A stretch of 64,000 nucleotides of DNA from Epithemia pelagica (GCA_946965045.2 OX337238.1:992001-1056000); one strand, 5' to 3'; shown: positions 1-12,502, numbered from the stretch's first letter. The notes: generated from the letters alone by a model not told the origin. Made by a program: numbers and translations.

Positions 1-348
1 AAGCAAACGTCAAGATCAGGTTCGGTCGAGTGCCAAGGAGAGATTTCGAACTGGCGTCCGCCGCAAAACACGCATGATCTTGCAACGACACAGGCAACGG
101 CAGCAACGAAAGCAGCCTCCTATTGCATCTTCTCAACCCACCAATGAGTAAAAAGACTCGAAATTTCTGTTCTTATAGCAATGTATGTAGTATCTTAACT
201 TAAGGTTTGGTGGATCGTTTCTTTTTTCTTGTTTTTTGGATTCACTTTGACTAATAATCTAAGTATAGCACAAGATGGATTCTAACCCGAACTGGGTATT
301 AGTTCGACGTGAATCTTTGCATGAGGAGGACTCGGACGTGCACATTCT

Positions 349-3300
349 TTACCGTCGCAACGACTGCAACAAGGAGAGTGCCGCAGAACTATTGCCTGCA
401 CGCAGATTACAGTACAAGAGTGCCCGACGAGACACGGACCGATTCGCCCACGGATCTTCCGCAACAACGGAGAAGTGATTCCCAACAGTGGTAGTTGCTG
501 CAGTTGTATTTTGCGATGGAAACACTCCTCCTCCTCCAGAGGAATTGCCGATACCGGTAGTTGTAGGTGTCGCCGCCACGGCACCACTAACGGTCAAGGC
601 ATCCTCCATGGCTTGGGCCGACATGGCCAACTGTTTAGCCACTGTCATATTCTGAGGCCCTCCCAAGGTCGCAGTTACAACACTGGTGGTTGCTCGTACC
701 AAGGTCTGAGCCCGCGCCAAACGCCGTTTGCCCAACCGGGACACCGCCGCTGTTTCAATCGTCACACCCGCCAGATCGGACGCCAATCGATCCAACCAGG
801 CATTATTGTTGCCATTGTTTTCCGATGGCATGACCTGAGACTGGACGTTGTTGTTGTTGTTGTTGTGGACCAAATACTTCATGGCTTGTGGAGCATCCCC
901 CAAACAACAGGCCGCTTCTGCTGCGTACATACGCGCTGTGGCATACCGACGCGAACGGAGACTTTCTCCCAAATTATTTGTGGTCGAAGACGTAGAAGGA
1001 GACGACGACAAAGTTTGACTGTCACTCCTCGGAGGAGATTCACCGTTTGGGAGAATAGATTGGGCAAGATCCAAGGCGCGGTCGTATTCTCGGTTCAGCA
1101 GGCATAGATAAGCCAAGGATAAGCGAGCTGCTTCTTGGACATTCTCCGACATGGCAGCATCGACATCCTTCTTCTCAGGGAACAATGACCCATCCACAAG
1201 GTGTTCCAAGGCCCAGCGGGCTCGTTTCAATGGGTGTCGCGAAAACCACTCCAAATCTTGGGCACTGGCCAACTCGGGCAACGCCTTGTCCTCAGCCGGA
1301 ACGTCGATGGAGATTTCACCGTCCAACGACGGACCAATCACCAACCCTCGAGGCTCTCTGTTCCCAAAGTAGAGGACCAACAAAACCATACATACATACG
1401 AACAGACAAGGGTGAGACACACTTTCGCAGGATACCATCGCTGAGAATGCCTGGAATAATACCTACCCTTCGACACGAATGGCCCTTGCATTGTAGGGAT
1501 CCGTCGCATCTCCCATGGATGTTTGTTGCTGCTGTTGTTGTTGATGGTAAATGCCCAAACACGCTTCGGCCAATCGCAACCACAGGAGCAGCGTCCGACC
1601 ATGGCCCAACGTACTCATGGTATTGTTGTTGTCACCTTGAGTCTGCTGTTTTTGTTCTTGCCGGAGGCAAATGGCAAAACACTGATAGGAGGCTTCAAAT
1701 TTGCGGGCTTGCATGGCACAAAGAGCAGCATTCCAAATGGTGGACAAGGTTTGGACCGGCGCCGCAGTTCCATCGGAGCCAAACAAGACGTGAGAAGGAG
1801 TTTGCTGTTGCTGCAACTTGGGTCGGACGAAAATGGTCTTGGCCAAGACATGCCAGGCCAAGTATTGTTTATGATGAGTCTGATAAATCAAGGCCAAATT
1901 ATTGGCATGAATGTCCTGATAATAATCGTCCTTGCCGTTGTTGTTGTTGTTGTTGCTTGTTTTGCCAGTGGCAACCACAGAAGTCGTGGTGGTAGTATCC
2001 AAGTGTGCCTCGTGGCACAAAATGAGGGATTTCTTAACATTGCCCTTGAGTTGTTCCAAATTGGCCTTGAGATTCAAGGCCGATTGATGCAGTTTTTGCA
2101 ACAGCGGCCATGAGAGGAGAGGACCATTCGTGTGTTTGCTGCCACTGTTCATTGTTCCTCTATTATTGGTGGATTCCTGCGTTAAATGCGAGGAGGAATC
2201 TCCAGTAGAAGCCGTGTTGTTGTCGACGACATCCAAGGACGAATTGGATTTGTGATTGTTGTTGTCCTTGGAGGAACCATCCACTGACGAGTTGACCGAA
2301 ACATTGTCGTGCTGTTGACTTGCTGCCATTGTGGTAGTGGTTTCCGTCGCCGTTGTGGAATTCGTCGTGTGAGAAGACATTGGCGGGTGACTGCCCATGA
2401 CTCGCAACTTGTGCTGAAAAATTTCCATGGCTGTTTTCAATTCCTTGCGTGCCGATCGCAACCGTACTTCCTCATCATGACCTGCCGTCGTCGTCGTGGA
2501 CGCCGTACGAGGACCATTGGCATCTCCCATGGAAGTTTGCGCCGCTGCGGCCAAATCCACACGTCCCTTGTACAGAGATACCAAAAATTTGAATTCGTCA
2601 TCTTGTTTCCACAAGGCCAAGCCTTCCAACCATTGCAACAAATCATGTGCCGCAGTGGTCCTTGTGACGTTGTTGATCGTAATGGTGCTCGTCATGCAAT
2701 GGGTTGCCAACATGGTTTCCAACCATACAAAAGCCAGTCGTGCCGCCACCTTGGCCAAGTCCAAGGGCAAGGAAGGAGAAGTAGTGGTTGTTGTTGCTGT
2801 TGACGGTACCGCTGCACGACGTGTCGAGCTACTACTCGAATCGTTGGATTTTTGAGCCACGGAGAGGAGGAGAGGATGCAAGACTGTGCCACAGACGGTG
2901 GCACTGCTTTCCCATTGTCCGTGGGCCCACAAAATCAAGGCACGATTGTACAAGAGGATCCATTCGTTGCGTTGTCGTTTGCGAGGAGACAATAGTACGG
3001 CCGGGGATTGGTTGGTGGTCGTAGGAGTAGCAGTTTCGGCAGTGGTCACGGCATCCAATTCCACCAACCAATCCTTGTAGGAGGACGGTGACTCGTGCGA
3101 AGGAGAAGTGGCCGATTTGGCGGAAGGATTCCGAACCAAGCGTTGCAGCAAAACTTGATTGTATCGATGTGCCATGGTAGGGGTCTTGCTGTTGCTGGGA
3201 CGTTTGGATGTGCTGTCGTTGGTTTGCGTGGGCGTTGGCTTGGAACTTGCTGCTGCTGATGCTGCGGAAGGACTGCTGGAATGATTCCCCTTGTCATACT

Positions 3301-3544
3301 CTGGATACAACACTTGATAGGCTATGGAGGCATTTCCTTGATAGTCGTACCACTCATGGCCCGAATACGAAGAAGGAGAAACTTGTTGTTGTTGTTGTTG
3401 CGGGTTGTTGTTGTTGTTGCTGCTCGAACTGTTGTTGCTATTGTTACTGTTGCTTCCACCTCCCGACGAATCACGACTTCGACGAAGTTGTTTGCGAGGC
3501 TGTGGCTGCGAGGATTGCGGTTGCAGGGATGGTGGTAAAAACAT
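349..3544 (-). CDS. CNOT10: CCR4-NOT complex subunit 10-like TPR protein; exons approx. 3544-1467 and 1357-349
   Basis: Motifs LKANLEQLKGNVKKSL, HANNLALI, LLLWLRLAEAC, LSLAYLCL and MYAAEA resemble CNOT10. A GT(aggt)...(gaac)AG intron at 1466-1358 joins the two track ORFs in frame (VEG|EPRG). The 5' end is uncertain. Confidence 0.75.
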
Positions 3545-3799
3545 TTTCAATTTTCAATAGCAAACCAATTCACACTCACCCGAACGAAACGACGGGAGAG
3601 GAACCGAAAGAGAGAGAGCAATCCAGTAGACAGCACAAGTTGCCGGTCACTCTAGAAGACAAGAACTGAAGCAAGGTCTTGCATGGATTGCGTCTTGCGC
3701 CGTTTCTGCCATTGTCGTCACAACTCACAACGCTGTTTCGTGATCGTCTGCTCGTCGTCCGACCAGGAGTCTATCGAGTGCTACCCATAGCCGTTGAGC

Positions 3800-4125
3800 T
3801 CCTAGAGGAGTGCTATGCTTATTCCCATTTCCCATACTCCTAGGAGTAGCTCTAGAAAAGATCTGGGGGTTTCCATGGATTGAAAGGAAGTTGAAAGGGT
3901 GCAGAAAGATACCTGTGGCTGGTGCTGGACTGGTGGTGGATGTGTAACAAATGGAGTTATGTATGTATGGACTAAGGATGGATGTTTTGTCTGTGGCAGG
4001 AGGATGAACTTGGATTTACGATCAGGCATCCTGACAATGGACTTGTTACTGTAGCTAGGCCAGTGACGGGACTTCATATGAGACGTTACACTTAGGATAA
4101 GTAGATGGTAATTGCTCATAAAAAG
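3800..4125. other. CpG-depleted intergenic tract, possible decayed transposon relic
   Basis: About 3 CpG in about 320 bp, whereas flanking genes are CpG-rich. Rich in CTAG, TG and CA. Confidence 0.35.
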
Positions 4126-4142
4126 ATGATCACGAAATGGAA

Positions 4143-5849
4143 CTAAGTCTCGTTCTTCCCGAGCACCGTATTCTCAAGCAAACGAACACGACCAGAAAGT
4201 TGGTCCGTCATGATCCTTTGTTCAACAATCATATCTTCCAGTTTGAATATTTGGTCTTGAGGGGCTTCGAAATCACCAGAGAGCTCCACCGTTGCGTGGC
4301 CAGACACTGACAGTGTTTCGTTTTCCATCACCCAACCAGATTCCGATTCATCCTCTGAATTCTGACCAGCATGATTCCTTTCATATTTGACTTTCTTATT
4401 CTTGGCAACAAACTCTTCTAATGCTTCAATCTTCCGAGCAATGGGAAGGCATCCCTCGAGAACGTCAATCTCCTGCAACTCTCCATCAAGTTGGTCAATG
4501 CTTTCTTCAAGCTCTTGCACAGAGCGGAACTTTTCGTCGTGATCACGAAGCCATTCCATAAGAGGAAGCAATGATTTTGCCTCGATGGCCTCTTCCAGTG
4601 CATTGACATTGCGACGTTCTTTATGCCCACGTTCAATCGCACAGGTGAGTGTTTGTATCTTTGCATCCAGCTCGGCACGACATGAATACATGCTCTGCAG
4701 AAAAGACAATCCCAATATCATGGTAAGAGACAACACGACAATGCACCAAGCCAATTTGTCCAATATGTAGCAATTCCAAACCAAACCACACTGCCACAAA
4801 CGTCGTACCTTGATGTGCTCCTTCATGTCAATCAATGGAAGCGTCTCACTGGAATCCAACTCGTGTCCACCAGTGACAACAATTCCGTCCGGCACGGACA
4901 CCATGCTTGGACCGTTCCGTGCAGTCGTCATATCAGGTAGGTTCCAATTAACATTGCGCTCCGTATCCAATATTTCTACGGACTTCAAACTATGACGGCT
5001 AAGACTCAGACCACCAGACACAATGACACAAGACCCCACTTGGAACACAGCATATTGGCGCCGCGGGACAGAAAGAACAAGATCCTTGTGAATCGTCCAT
5101 TCCGATGACGAAGGAAAGTTGAAACCTGCAGTCTCATTTTTCTCTAGAGAATCTTCGTTAAAATCCAAATATTCAACAGAGTTTAATGGACTTCCATTGC
5201 ATCCACCAATGACAAAGATGCGACGATCAACAACAGCCATTGAACAGGAATGTCGAGCGACTTTCATGGACGGTCCGGCAATGACAGTGTGTTGAGTTTT
5301 CACTACCGTATCAACGATTTCAGTCGATGACAAGGATCTTCCATTGTATCCACCGGCGACCACAATAAATCGATCGTGTACCACAGCAGCGGCACATTCA
5401 TTTCTTGTAGTAGACAAACGACAGTTCAATGTTGTCCATTGTTTCTTGTTGGTCGTACACGTTGTTTCCAGCAAATCATCAACATAAATTCGTTCGATTG
5501 AATCCAAACGTGAACTTCCATCGTATCCTCCCAACACATAGACAAAGCCATTACAAACGACTGCAGCATGTCCACTTCGTTTTTGATTCAGGTTTGGTGC
5601 TTCTTTCCACTGTTTCTTGTCCTTTCCCAAATTCATCGACAAAACCGAATTTGTTTGACCGCTTGATTTAGATCCTCCAATGACAACAACTATCTGTTGA
5701 TCGGTTTCCTTGTTCTTTACAACAACCGATGCATGATAAGAGCGCCATCCACCCAAAAGCGACGGCACCGAGTCGAACTTCCATTGTGGTTCTTCATCCT
5801 TGTCAGTGTCAAGAAAGACAAGCTTGGACAATCTCGCTTCTTCTTGCAT
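4143..5849 (-). CDS. Kelch-repeat beta-propeller protein with C-terminal coiled coil; probable in-frame intron 4808-4695
   Basis: Six GG-containing Kelch repeats (VVIGG, YVLGGY, VVAGGY, FVIGG, IVSGG, VVTGG) followed by an E/K-rich helical tail. An AAG|GTACG...TTTTCTGCAG segment of 114 nt is stop-free. Confidence 0.85.
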   Translation of the reverse strand: MQEEARLSKLVFLDTDKDEEPQWKFDSVPSLLGGWRSYHASVVVKNKETDQQIVVVIGGSKSSGQTNSVLSMNLGKDKKQWKEAPNLNQKRSGHAAVVCNGFVYVLGGYDGSSRLDSIERIYVDDLLETTCTTNKKQWTTLNCRLSTTRNECAAAVVHDRFIVVAGGYNGRSLSSTEIVDTVVKTQHTVIAGPSMKVARHSCSMAVVDRRIFVIGGCNGSPLNSVEYLDFNEDSLEKNETAGFNFPSSSEWTIHKDLVLSVPRRQYAVFQVGSCVIVSGGLSLSRHSLKSVEILDTERNVNWNLPDMTTARNGPSMVSVPDGIVVTGGHELDSSETLPLIDMKEHIKVRRLWQCGLVWNCYILDKLAWCIVVLSLTMILGLSFLQSMYSCRAELDAKIQTLTCAIERGHKERRNVNALEEAIEAKSLLPLMEWLRDHDEKFRSVQELEESIDQLDGELQEIDVLEGCLPIARKIEALEEFVAKNKKVKYERNHAGQNSEDESESGWVMENETLSVSGHATVELSGDFEAPQDQIFKLEDMIVEQRIMTDQLSGRVRLLENTVLGKNET

Positions 5850-6747
5850 GGCCTTTTGTCAATTTGGAGAGACAGTGTGTCAAGGAAAGTTTCGTTGAGA
5901 TTTCAACTTTTGATGCGAATCACGATCGAATGCCATTTGCTGGAAGGGTTGAAGTCCATCTTCGTTGTGGGTCCCACACGTTACCATTCATACGGCCCCT
6001 CGTTCTGAACTCCATACGAACTGGACTGTGCAACGGAGTCCAAAACCATCCTCGTCGTGGAGATCCCACATGTACTCATACGTTGATTCCTACATAGTCT
6101 GATGTGTCCTCTCATCTCCGATTTGTAAACTGGTAGGTAGTTCGTCGTGAAGTTCGATTCTTCTGTCCATTTTGCCTCCCAACTCCCAATTCCCGCCATT
6201 GCTTTTTTTGGGGACCCGGAATCCGTGTGCGCGCATGCGAATGCATCTGCGAGTGGAAACGTCACCTGCCCGGCGCCCAGGGGGCCCATGAGAGGCGCCC
6301 GTCGCCCTGCAACCACCACCTCATCCTCATCCTCATCGAAACATCGAACGAAGTAGTGTGCGCTGCTGCTGACCCATGACCGCAACATTACCTGTTCAGA
6401 ACATCATAACCTGTGATTGATTGGTAAGTTCAGATTTTTATGCGGTAGAGTGTCTCCCTGCTTTTTCGAATTCTTTTGATGAGGACCAGTGAAATGGATG
6501 AGAAGACTAGATGTTGTTCATTTCTGGAATCGCCGCTTTTGGTGCCATGGATTCCTCATGTTTGTGTTGTCTGCTCCTCGACGAATTATAGTATCGGTCG
6601 GTCTACCTTCTTAAGATCATTTCATTCCGTTTTGGATCGGTCGGTTTACCCTCCTAAGATCGTTCCATTCCGTTTGGGACTTGGTTTCGAAGAAGCAACT
6701 GTCTGAATTGATTTGAGCCGAAGCAAGCGATTGCCAGATCTCCGAAA

Positions 6748-8583
6748 ATGCCCGGTCCACGCATGGGACCTCGTCCCAAAGATTTTGACGAAGCCGTCAT
6801 CAAGCAAAGTCCAACCTACATGAAATGGCGGCAATTGCGGTTTGGTCAAAAATTGCGCTATGCTTGTCGTGAATTTATCAAAGGTCACGGAGAAGACGAT
6901 GAACGATTGATGCGGCGCATCATGATTGCAAGACGAAACAATATCCGCGATCATGAAACCTTGAAACGAGCCCGTAAAATGGTCCAAGAACAACATCCAC
7001 CACCACCACAAGAGCTGGAAGGAACACCAACCGTACAGGCCAACACGCCAACCAACACCACTGCCCTGTCCACGGCAGCAACTGGGCATGATGTGGCCAA
7101 TGGCAACACGGTGGGGACGAGTATTTCTGCAGCTTCGACCGTTGCGACACCCGATGCGCAGACCCCATTAGTGCTTCCTGCTCAGCCTTCGTCGTCACAT
7201 GCCCCGCTTGGAGCCCAAGTAGTGACCGAGGAGGACCAGAAATCGATTGTGGCCTTGGCAGCTGCGGCGGCTGCATCCTCGACTCTTCGAACAACGGCCA
7301 CAACGACAACCACAACCAATGGGGAAGCAGTGGTCGTCATGCCCTTGGACGATGCCATCTCCAAGGCTGCCACCGCGGCCGCGGTTGCCGTGGCTCCTGT
7401 GGATCCAACAGAAACCAGAGAAGCCATGCAAGTCTCTGAGCATGTGACAAACTTATTAGTTGTGGATGATGGTGCACCCGTGGGTGTCGTGGCTACTCCT
7501 GGAGCACCATCTGGTCTGACCAATTTGTCGGCATTGGATGGAGAACACGACGGAGCGAACGAATCCATGAACGATGAGCATGCTCGTGACGAAATGGATG
7601 TTCCGGCTGTGGAGGCAACTCGGAGCTATCGAGCTTGGAGTGAATTGGAAAATGGTATGGAATTTGTCTACAATCAACGATATACCAAAGGACAAGAGGG
7701 GCACGATTGGCTGTTGCGTAAGAATATTTGGAGGCGCATGCGTTATCGACGAGAAAATAAGCGGTTGGTGGCCAAGTACCAAAATTCCACCGCCAAGTCT
7801 GCTCCATTGGCCATTGATGGGAGTAAGAATGGTAGAAACTCGCACGGGATGGACAGTACTGCCACTGCAGGAACTTCACCACCACAACAGGGCGTAGGCG
7901 AACCCTCAAAGACTGCGGGCGCAAGCTCCAATCTTCCGTTCGCGGCACCAGCGGTTCCCGGGGGAACAACCGCCGCTGCAGCCACAACACTGCCTTCGGC
8001 ATGGCAACAGGCCGCTGCGGCAGCGGCCGCTACAACCAATGCGGACGAATCGGTGGCTGCCTTGACCATGATGGACGCGGCGGCGGTCGAAGCTGCGGTC
8101 GCGGCAGCCGAATCCTTTCGAAGGTCCTCTCAAGAAGCAGCACAGAGTACCAACAGCGCAGCGTTGGCCAAAACCACCACAGCTTTGACTGTTTCGGTAG
8201 GACTGGTACACAATCCTTTACCTACCACCACAGCAAAGACGGGACGCCTGTTGCACCCTTCAAAACCCCAGAATTCTACTATGGACAACGGATTGGACCA
8301 ACCGGGCAATTCAGAGTCTGCACCAAAGTCAGTCGAAACCTCAAGGGACGTGCCAAAGTCGACTTCCTTGACAACAGATGCCTCGTCACAATCCTTTCCT
8401 CAACCCACATCAGGCACTGTAGGTGCATCAACCTCGAGTAATATCACGGTAAGCGCCCCAGTGGTTCATAATCCCTTACAAGCTACTGAGTTGGCTGCAC
8501 AGTTGGCAGCCTCAGTTTCTCAACAAGAACATGCTTCTGAGGGTGGTGCGGCACCGAATATCATCGACGTGGTTACTATATAG
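6748..8583 (+). CDS. Hypothetical protein (611 aa) with two copies of an approx. 55-aa basic domain in low-complexity A/T/S-rich sequence
   Basis: Long ATG-initiated ORF with an internal repeat (Y..W..L..G...Y....KG....L.R.I..R..N). Confidence 0.8.
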   Translation: MPGPRMGPRPKDFDEAVIKQSPTYMKWRQLRFGQKLRYACREFIKGHGEDDERLMRRIMIARRNNIRDHETLKRARKMVQEQHPPPPQELEGTPTVQANTPTNTTALSTAATGHDVANGNTVGTSISAASTVATPDAQTPLVLPAQPSSSHAPLGAQVVTEEDQKSIVALAAAAAASSTLRTTATTTTTTNGEAVVVMPLDDAISKAATAAAVAVAPVDPTETREAMQVSEHVTNLLVVDDGAPVGVVATPGAPSGLTNLSALDGEHDGANESMNDEHARDEMDVPAVEATRSYRAWSELENGMEFVYNQRYTKGQEGHDWLLRKNIWRRMRYRRENKRLVAKYQNSTAKSAPLAIDGSKNGRNSHGMDSTATAGTSPPQQGVGEPSKTAGASSNLPFAAPAVPGGTTAAAATTLPSAWQQAAAAAAATTNADESVAALTMMDAAAVEAAVAAAESFRRSSQEAAQSTNSAALAKTTTALTVSVGLVHNPLPTTTAKTGRLLHPSKPQNSTMDNGLDQPGNSESAPKSVETSRDVPKSTSLTTDASSQSFPQPTSGTVGASTSSNITVSAPVVHNPLQATELAAQLAASVSQQEHASEGGAAPNIIDVVTI

Positions 8584-9800
8584 TCGGTTATCAAAGAAAA
8601 GTATGTGGATGATGGTGACTCGAACAGACAATTCATGGTCCATAAAGCGACCACCGGAAAAAAGATCATTGACTTTGGAGAATGGGGACCCATAATCAAA
8701 GCGAACACTTGACAAAGGAGCGATGTGTTTGTGGGAGTAAATTGAGTGTATTGGTCTCTATTCACGACCTGGTGGCATACTCATGCCTAGATACTACTTT
8801 CAAGCTAACATCTCCAAGGAGAACTGGCTTTCCCTGCTGCAAGTTGTCGGTCGGTTGATAATGCTTATTCTTTCATTCTTCTAGCAGCACATAAGTAATC
8901 TATCTATTGTTTCATGGTTCAAAAACTCGTACGATGGATGAGACCAGAGGTTCGACAGGTTGTTCAGAATGGCTGTTAAACTAGAAACTACCTCTAGAAG
9001 AAGTAAGAGTAGGTGACAAGAGGAGCAAAAGAGCGCTTGCCAACAGAATGGGCACAAACTGCATGCGAATGCGAGGGAGCGAAGACATTGGAGAGACAGA
9101 CACACTGATGATTCATAAACACCCATCAGCAAACAGCAAAACCAGAAATGCGTTACTGGAACTACGGAAAACAAGAAGAGGGAACAGAAAAACAGCTTTA
9201 GAACAAAGTCGCCATGGATCCATGGATACGGGACTTACTGTCACACCTATACACCAATACAGGTGTATTGTGGATTGCGGGTTGCGGGCAGTCATCTGGT
9301 GGAGGGTGGTCGATGTTGGCGCTTCTCGGATCTTGGCATCCGTGTTGTCGGTTCTGTCTTTTTGATTTTTGAAAGAAAGGAACGGATGCAAGTGTACCGA
9401 ACGAAGTTTGAGATGGATACCACGATCGACATGCGCGCTGATATGGTGCGCGCAAACCCACAAAAGCTAAAAAACCCTAGTGTGCGATCCTTTCAGTCAC
9501 GAAACAATGACATGCTCCGTGGCATCATGCCAAATAAGGGAAGCAATAATCCCAAATAGCTATGTTTAGCGGGAAGTTAAAACAGCCGTTACCATTTATA
9601 GCCAAGCGTGCGTTCCGCCTATCTAATTTTCATTTCGACAAAAGAACCTGGCGAAACGACTCGCCAACTTGACTTCACATGCAGCCGCCAAAATATCGAA
9701 AGGACATCAAAATCGCAAAGACACACAACACACACACACAACAAAGGCTCACTTTTCTTTTGGTTCAGCTTCGATAAACCAAAAACTAAACACATTTACC

Positions 9801-11423
9801 ATGAGTGACGAACCTGCAGTGAACGGATGCTATTTGGTCAAGGCGATCTACTCGATCGCCTTGTTGATCTTCTCCATCATTGTTGTGATGGCTTTGATCT
9901 TTGACGAACAGACCAGTCTTTCTGAAGATGTTCATCCGGCTTTGGCCTTTGTTTTGATCTGGGTTGCTTTGTTGTGGTTGTCTTTGGTCGAAGGTGGCCA
10001 AGCCTCCATGGTTGGTCTTCCTCCCATTGACCGTGAACTCTACCGTGAAAGTCACCCCATCTCTTTCCGCATCTGCGACCACGGACACAAGGGAGACAAC
10101 TTGGACCGTTACCTCATGGGCCGTCAATTCATGGTGTTGGCTTTGGTTTTCGTCATTAACAAGTCTGGTGCCCCTATTGAAGACGCTTCTGTGTTGAACC
10201 TTCCCGATCCTCTTGCCAACGCTTTCCTCAAGTCCGGTTTGGCGATGATCCTCATGACTTGTATGATTGGTCAATTGAACACTCAAGTGAATGCTTCGCA
10301 TTGTATGCTTGACTTTATCAATGACTGGGGTAACTGGTTCACTGTGAAGGTTGCCATGGCCATTGAAGCTTCTGGATTGTTGCACGCTTCTTACTTGATT
10401 CAGATGATTGTTGCTGGATTGGCCGGCAAGCCCATCGAGTCTAACGAAGAACCCCGTGATGCTTTCATGAACATTTTGTTCTGGGGCCGTGTTCTTTTGT
10501 CGGTTGGTATTTTGACGTTTGCCTTTGTTGCTACTTTTGCCGCTTTGTTCGATGGCAAGACTACGATGTGGGACGGTGTACCTGAAGTTGTTGCCGTTGT
10601 TTTGTTCTTCTTGTTGATGGCCGTTGTTGGTATGCTTGAGGGTATGCAAATTGCCTTTTTCGCTGTTGCCAAGTTGACGGATGAAGAACGTAACTCGTCT
10701 GTATGGGCGTCCCGTACATGCAACTTGTTGTTCCAAGGAGAAGGCCACAACTTGCCAGGATTCATGGTTGGTCGTCAATTGTGCGTCGTGTCTTGTTTCT
10801 TTGTGATTGCCCGTGTGACCTCCATGGATGTCGAAGATGGTGAATCGAATGTTTTGGGAGTGTCTGACGGTGCTCAAGAATTCTTCAACACTGGTTTGTT
10901 GGGAGCCTTGATTACGACGATTGTTGCCTCTATCGCCTGGCAATTGGTTGCTTCTGCCTTCCCTGTTGCTTTCTTGTCCACTCCCATTACCTACATCTTG
11001 CTCCGCATCTGTTTGTTTTTGGAGGCGACTGGTATCTGTACTGGTGCCTGGGTTTTGGCTTCTATCCACCGCAAGGTTGCTGGATTCCAACGTGATGAAG
11101 TGTACGTTGGTACTGCCGAAGAACGTGCTGCTATGGAACATGGTGACAAGCCTGCGCACACTTCTGAAGTTGGTCATTTGGGCGGCGGTGCTTTCCCTGC
11201 CAACCATGACTTGCCATATGCGTCCACCGGCACTACTCCCACCCAACGCCGGGACCGCATCAAGGAGAACATTGCCATTTTGGAGCACCAAATTGATGTT
11301 GCCTCTAACGACGACGAAGCCGCCATTTTCGAATCTGCTTTGCGCAAGGAGAAGAATGCTTTGCGTCAAATCAACCGTGAAATGGGCCTCAACGAGAAGG
11401 AAGTCGAGATGGAAGATGCCTAA
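9801..11423 (+). CDS. SIT: Silicon (silicic acid) transporter, copy 1, 540 aa, intronless
   Basis: Four GXQ motifs (EGGQ, MGRQ, EGMQ, VGRQ), CMLD motif, about 10 hydrophobic helices and a C-terminal coiled coil. ATG at 9801. Confidence 0.97.
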   Translation: MSDEPAVNGCYLVKAIYSIALLIFSIIVVMALIFDEQTSLSEDVHPALAFVLIWVALLWLSLVEGGQASMVGLPPIDRELYRESHPISFRICDHGHKGDNLDRYLMGRQFMVLALVFVINKSGAPIEDASVLNLPDPLANAFLKSGLAMILMTCMIGQLNTQVNASHCMLDFINDWGNWFTVKVAMAIEASGLLHASYLIQMIVAGLAGKPIESNEEPRDAFMNILFWGRVLLSVGILTFAFVATFAALFDGKTTMWDGVPEVVAVVLFFLLMAVVGMLEGMQIAFFAVAKLTDEERNSSVWASRTCNLLFQGEGHNLPGFMVGRQLCVVSCFFVIARVTSMDVEDGESNVLGVSDGAQEFFNTGLLGALITTIVASIAWQLVASAFPVAFLSTPITYILLRICLFLEATGICTGAWVLASIHRKVAGFQRDEVYVGTAEERAAMEHGDKPAHTSEVGHLGGGAFPANHDLPYASTGTTPTQRRDRIKENIAILEHQIDVASNDDEAAIFESALRKEKNALRQINREMGLNEKEVEMEDA

Positions 11424-11580
11424 ACGTTACATCTCCCGTTTTTGTTCTGCTCCGTTTATCTTATTTAGAACCACGAAATAGTATGTGCGTTCTTAACAAT
11501 TTCTTTGTCAGTTAGTTACCAGTTACATTTGTCTTCTCTTCATGTTTTATGGCATTTCGATACACGATGCTTTGCTTACG

Positions 11581-11825
11581 ATATATTGATGAAGGATTCC
11601 ATGTTCTTTGTTTCTGACTACGCAGGTACAGATGCAGTAGAAGGAATAGACCTTTTAAGACTGAAGACCTAACTGACTTCTAGCTTGAGGGCTCTAGCAT
11701 GTTTTACTAAACCGTCAGGATCTAAGACATTGAGGATGTCTTTGCTGGTGGTCTTGCCAGGTCAAGTCATGAAGTTGTGATATGTTGCACTGGATTGACT
11801 GTTGACCAGATACTGGCTGTGATTT
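11581..11825. other. CpG-depleted tract between the SIT copies, possible TE relic
   Basis: About 3 CpG in about 245 bp and no intact ORF. Confidence 0.3.
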
Positions 11826-12502
11826 GTGCGTGAGGTGGACAAGTCTTCTACTTTCTTAATTCATGCTTCCCAGAAACGGATAAAACAGTACAAGTTAGTT
11901 GCGCTGCACCTCTCTCTAGGCCTTATACCATGGTACGAAACCCTTCCCCTCTCGAACAAGAGAGAGAGACGCTTTTGCCATTTCTGCTACCTGCCTCTTT
12001 CTCTCTGACATCTTTCGCACGGCATAGAAACAAGTAGAATGACTGACATCCCAAAACTGACGCATAGACAGACACAACTGTCTGTGTAGGTTCTGCGACT
12101 TCTTTCCAAGGAATCCAGATTCCATCACCGTATTGTATGACGCAACAAGTACCAAAACGGACCATTGCGCAACTATGTTAACGTCTAAACAACGGTTACG
12201 CGGGAAAGAGGAAGCAAGAAGTCCGACAATCGCGCATGACCAATCTTGGAATCCGTTTCATTTAGACCTAAGCAGAGTTTACGATAAGTGTCTTCCAATA
12301 TCGATTACATAGGGAGGAGTCATGGAAAGCTGATCGTTGGATCTTAACAAAAATTTAGATTCGCCAACCAGTTCTGCGAAAGGAGATATTGCTACCTGTT
12401 TTCGATCCACCCCATCCTCACAATTTTAGGTTCTGGAACATCGAAACCTCGCCAGCCACAGAACAAATTCCGAAGCCGTCGAAATACTAAAAAACTTCGA
12501 CC

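Noticed and set aside
1463-3550. Poly-Gln/Asn/Thr microsatellite-like tracts
   Set aside because: Ordinary low-complexity coding insertions, common in diatom proteins.
5981-6388. 135-aa minus-strand ORF
   Set aside because: No motif or splice support; may be promoter sequence of adjacent genes.
9669-9800. N-terminal extension of SIT1 in the ORF track
   Set aside because: Starts at a non-ATG codon; copy 2 shows the protein begins at MSDEP.
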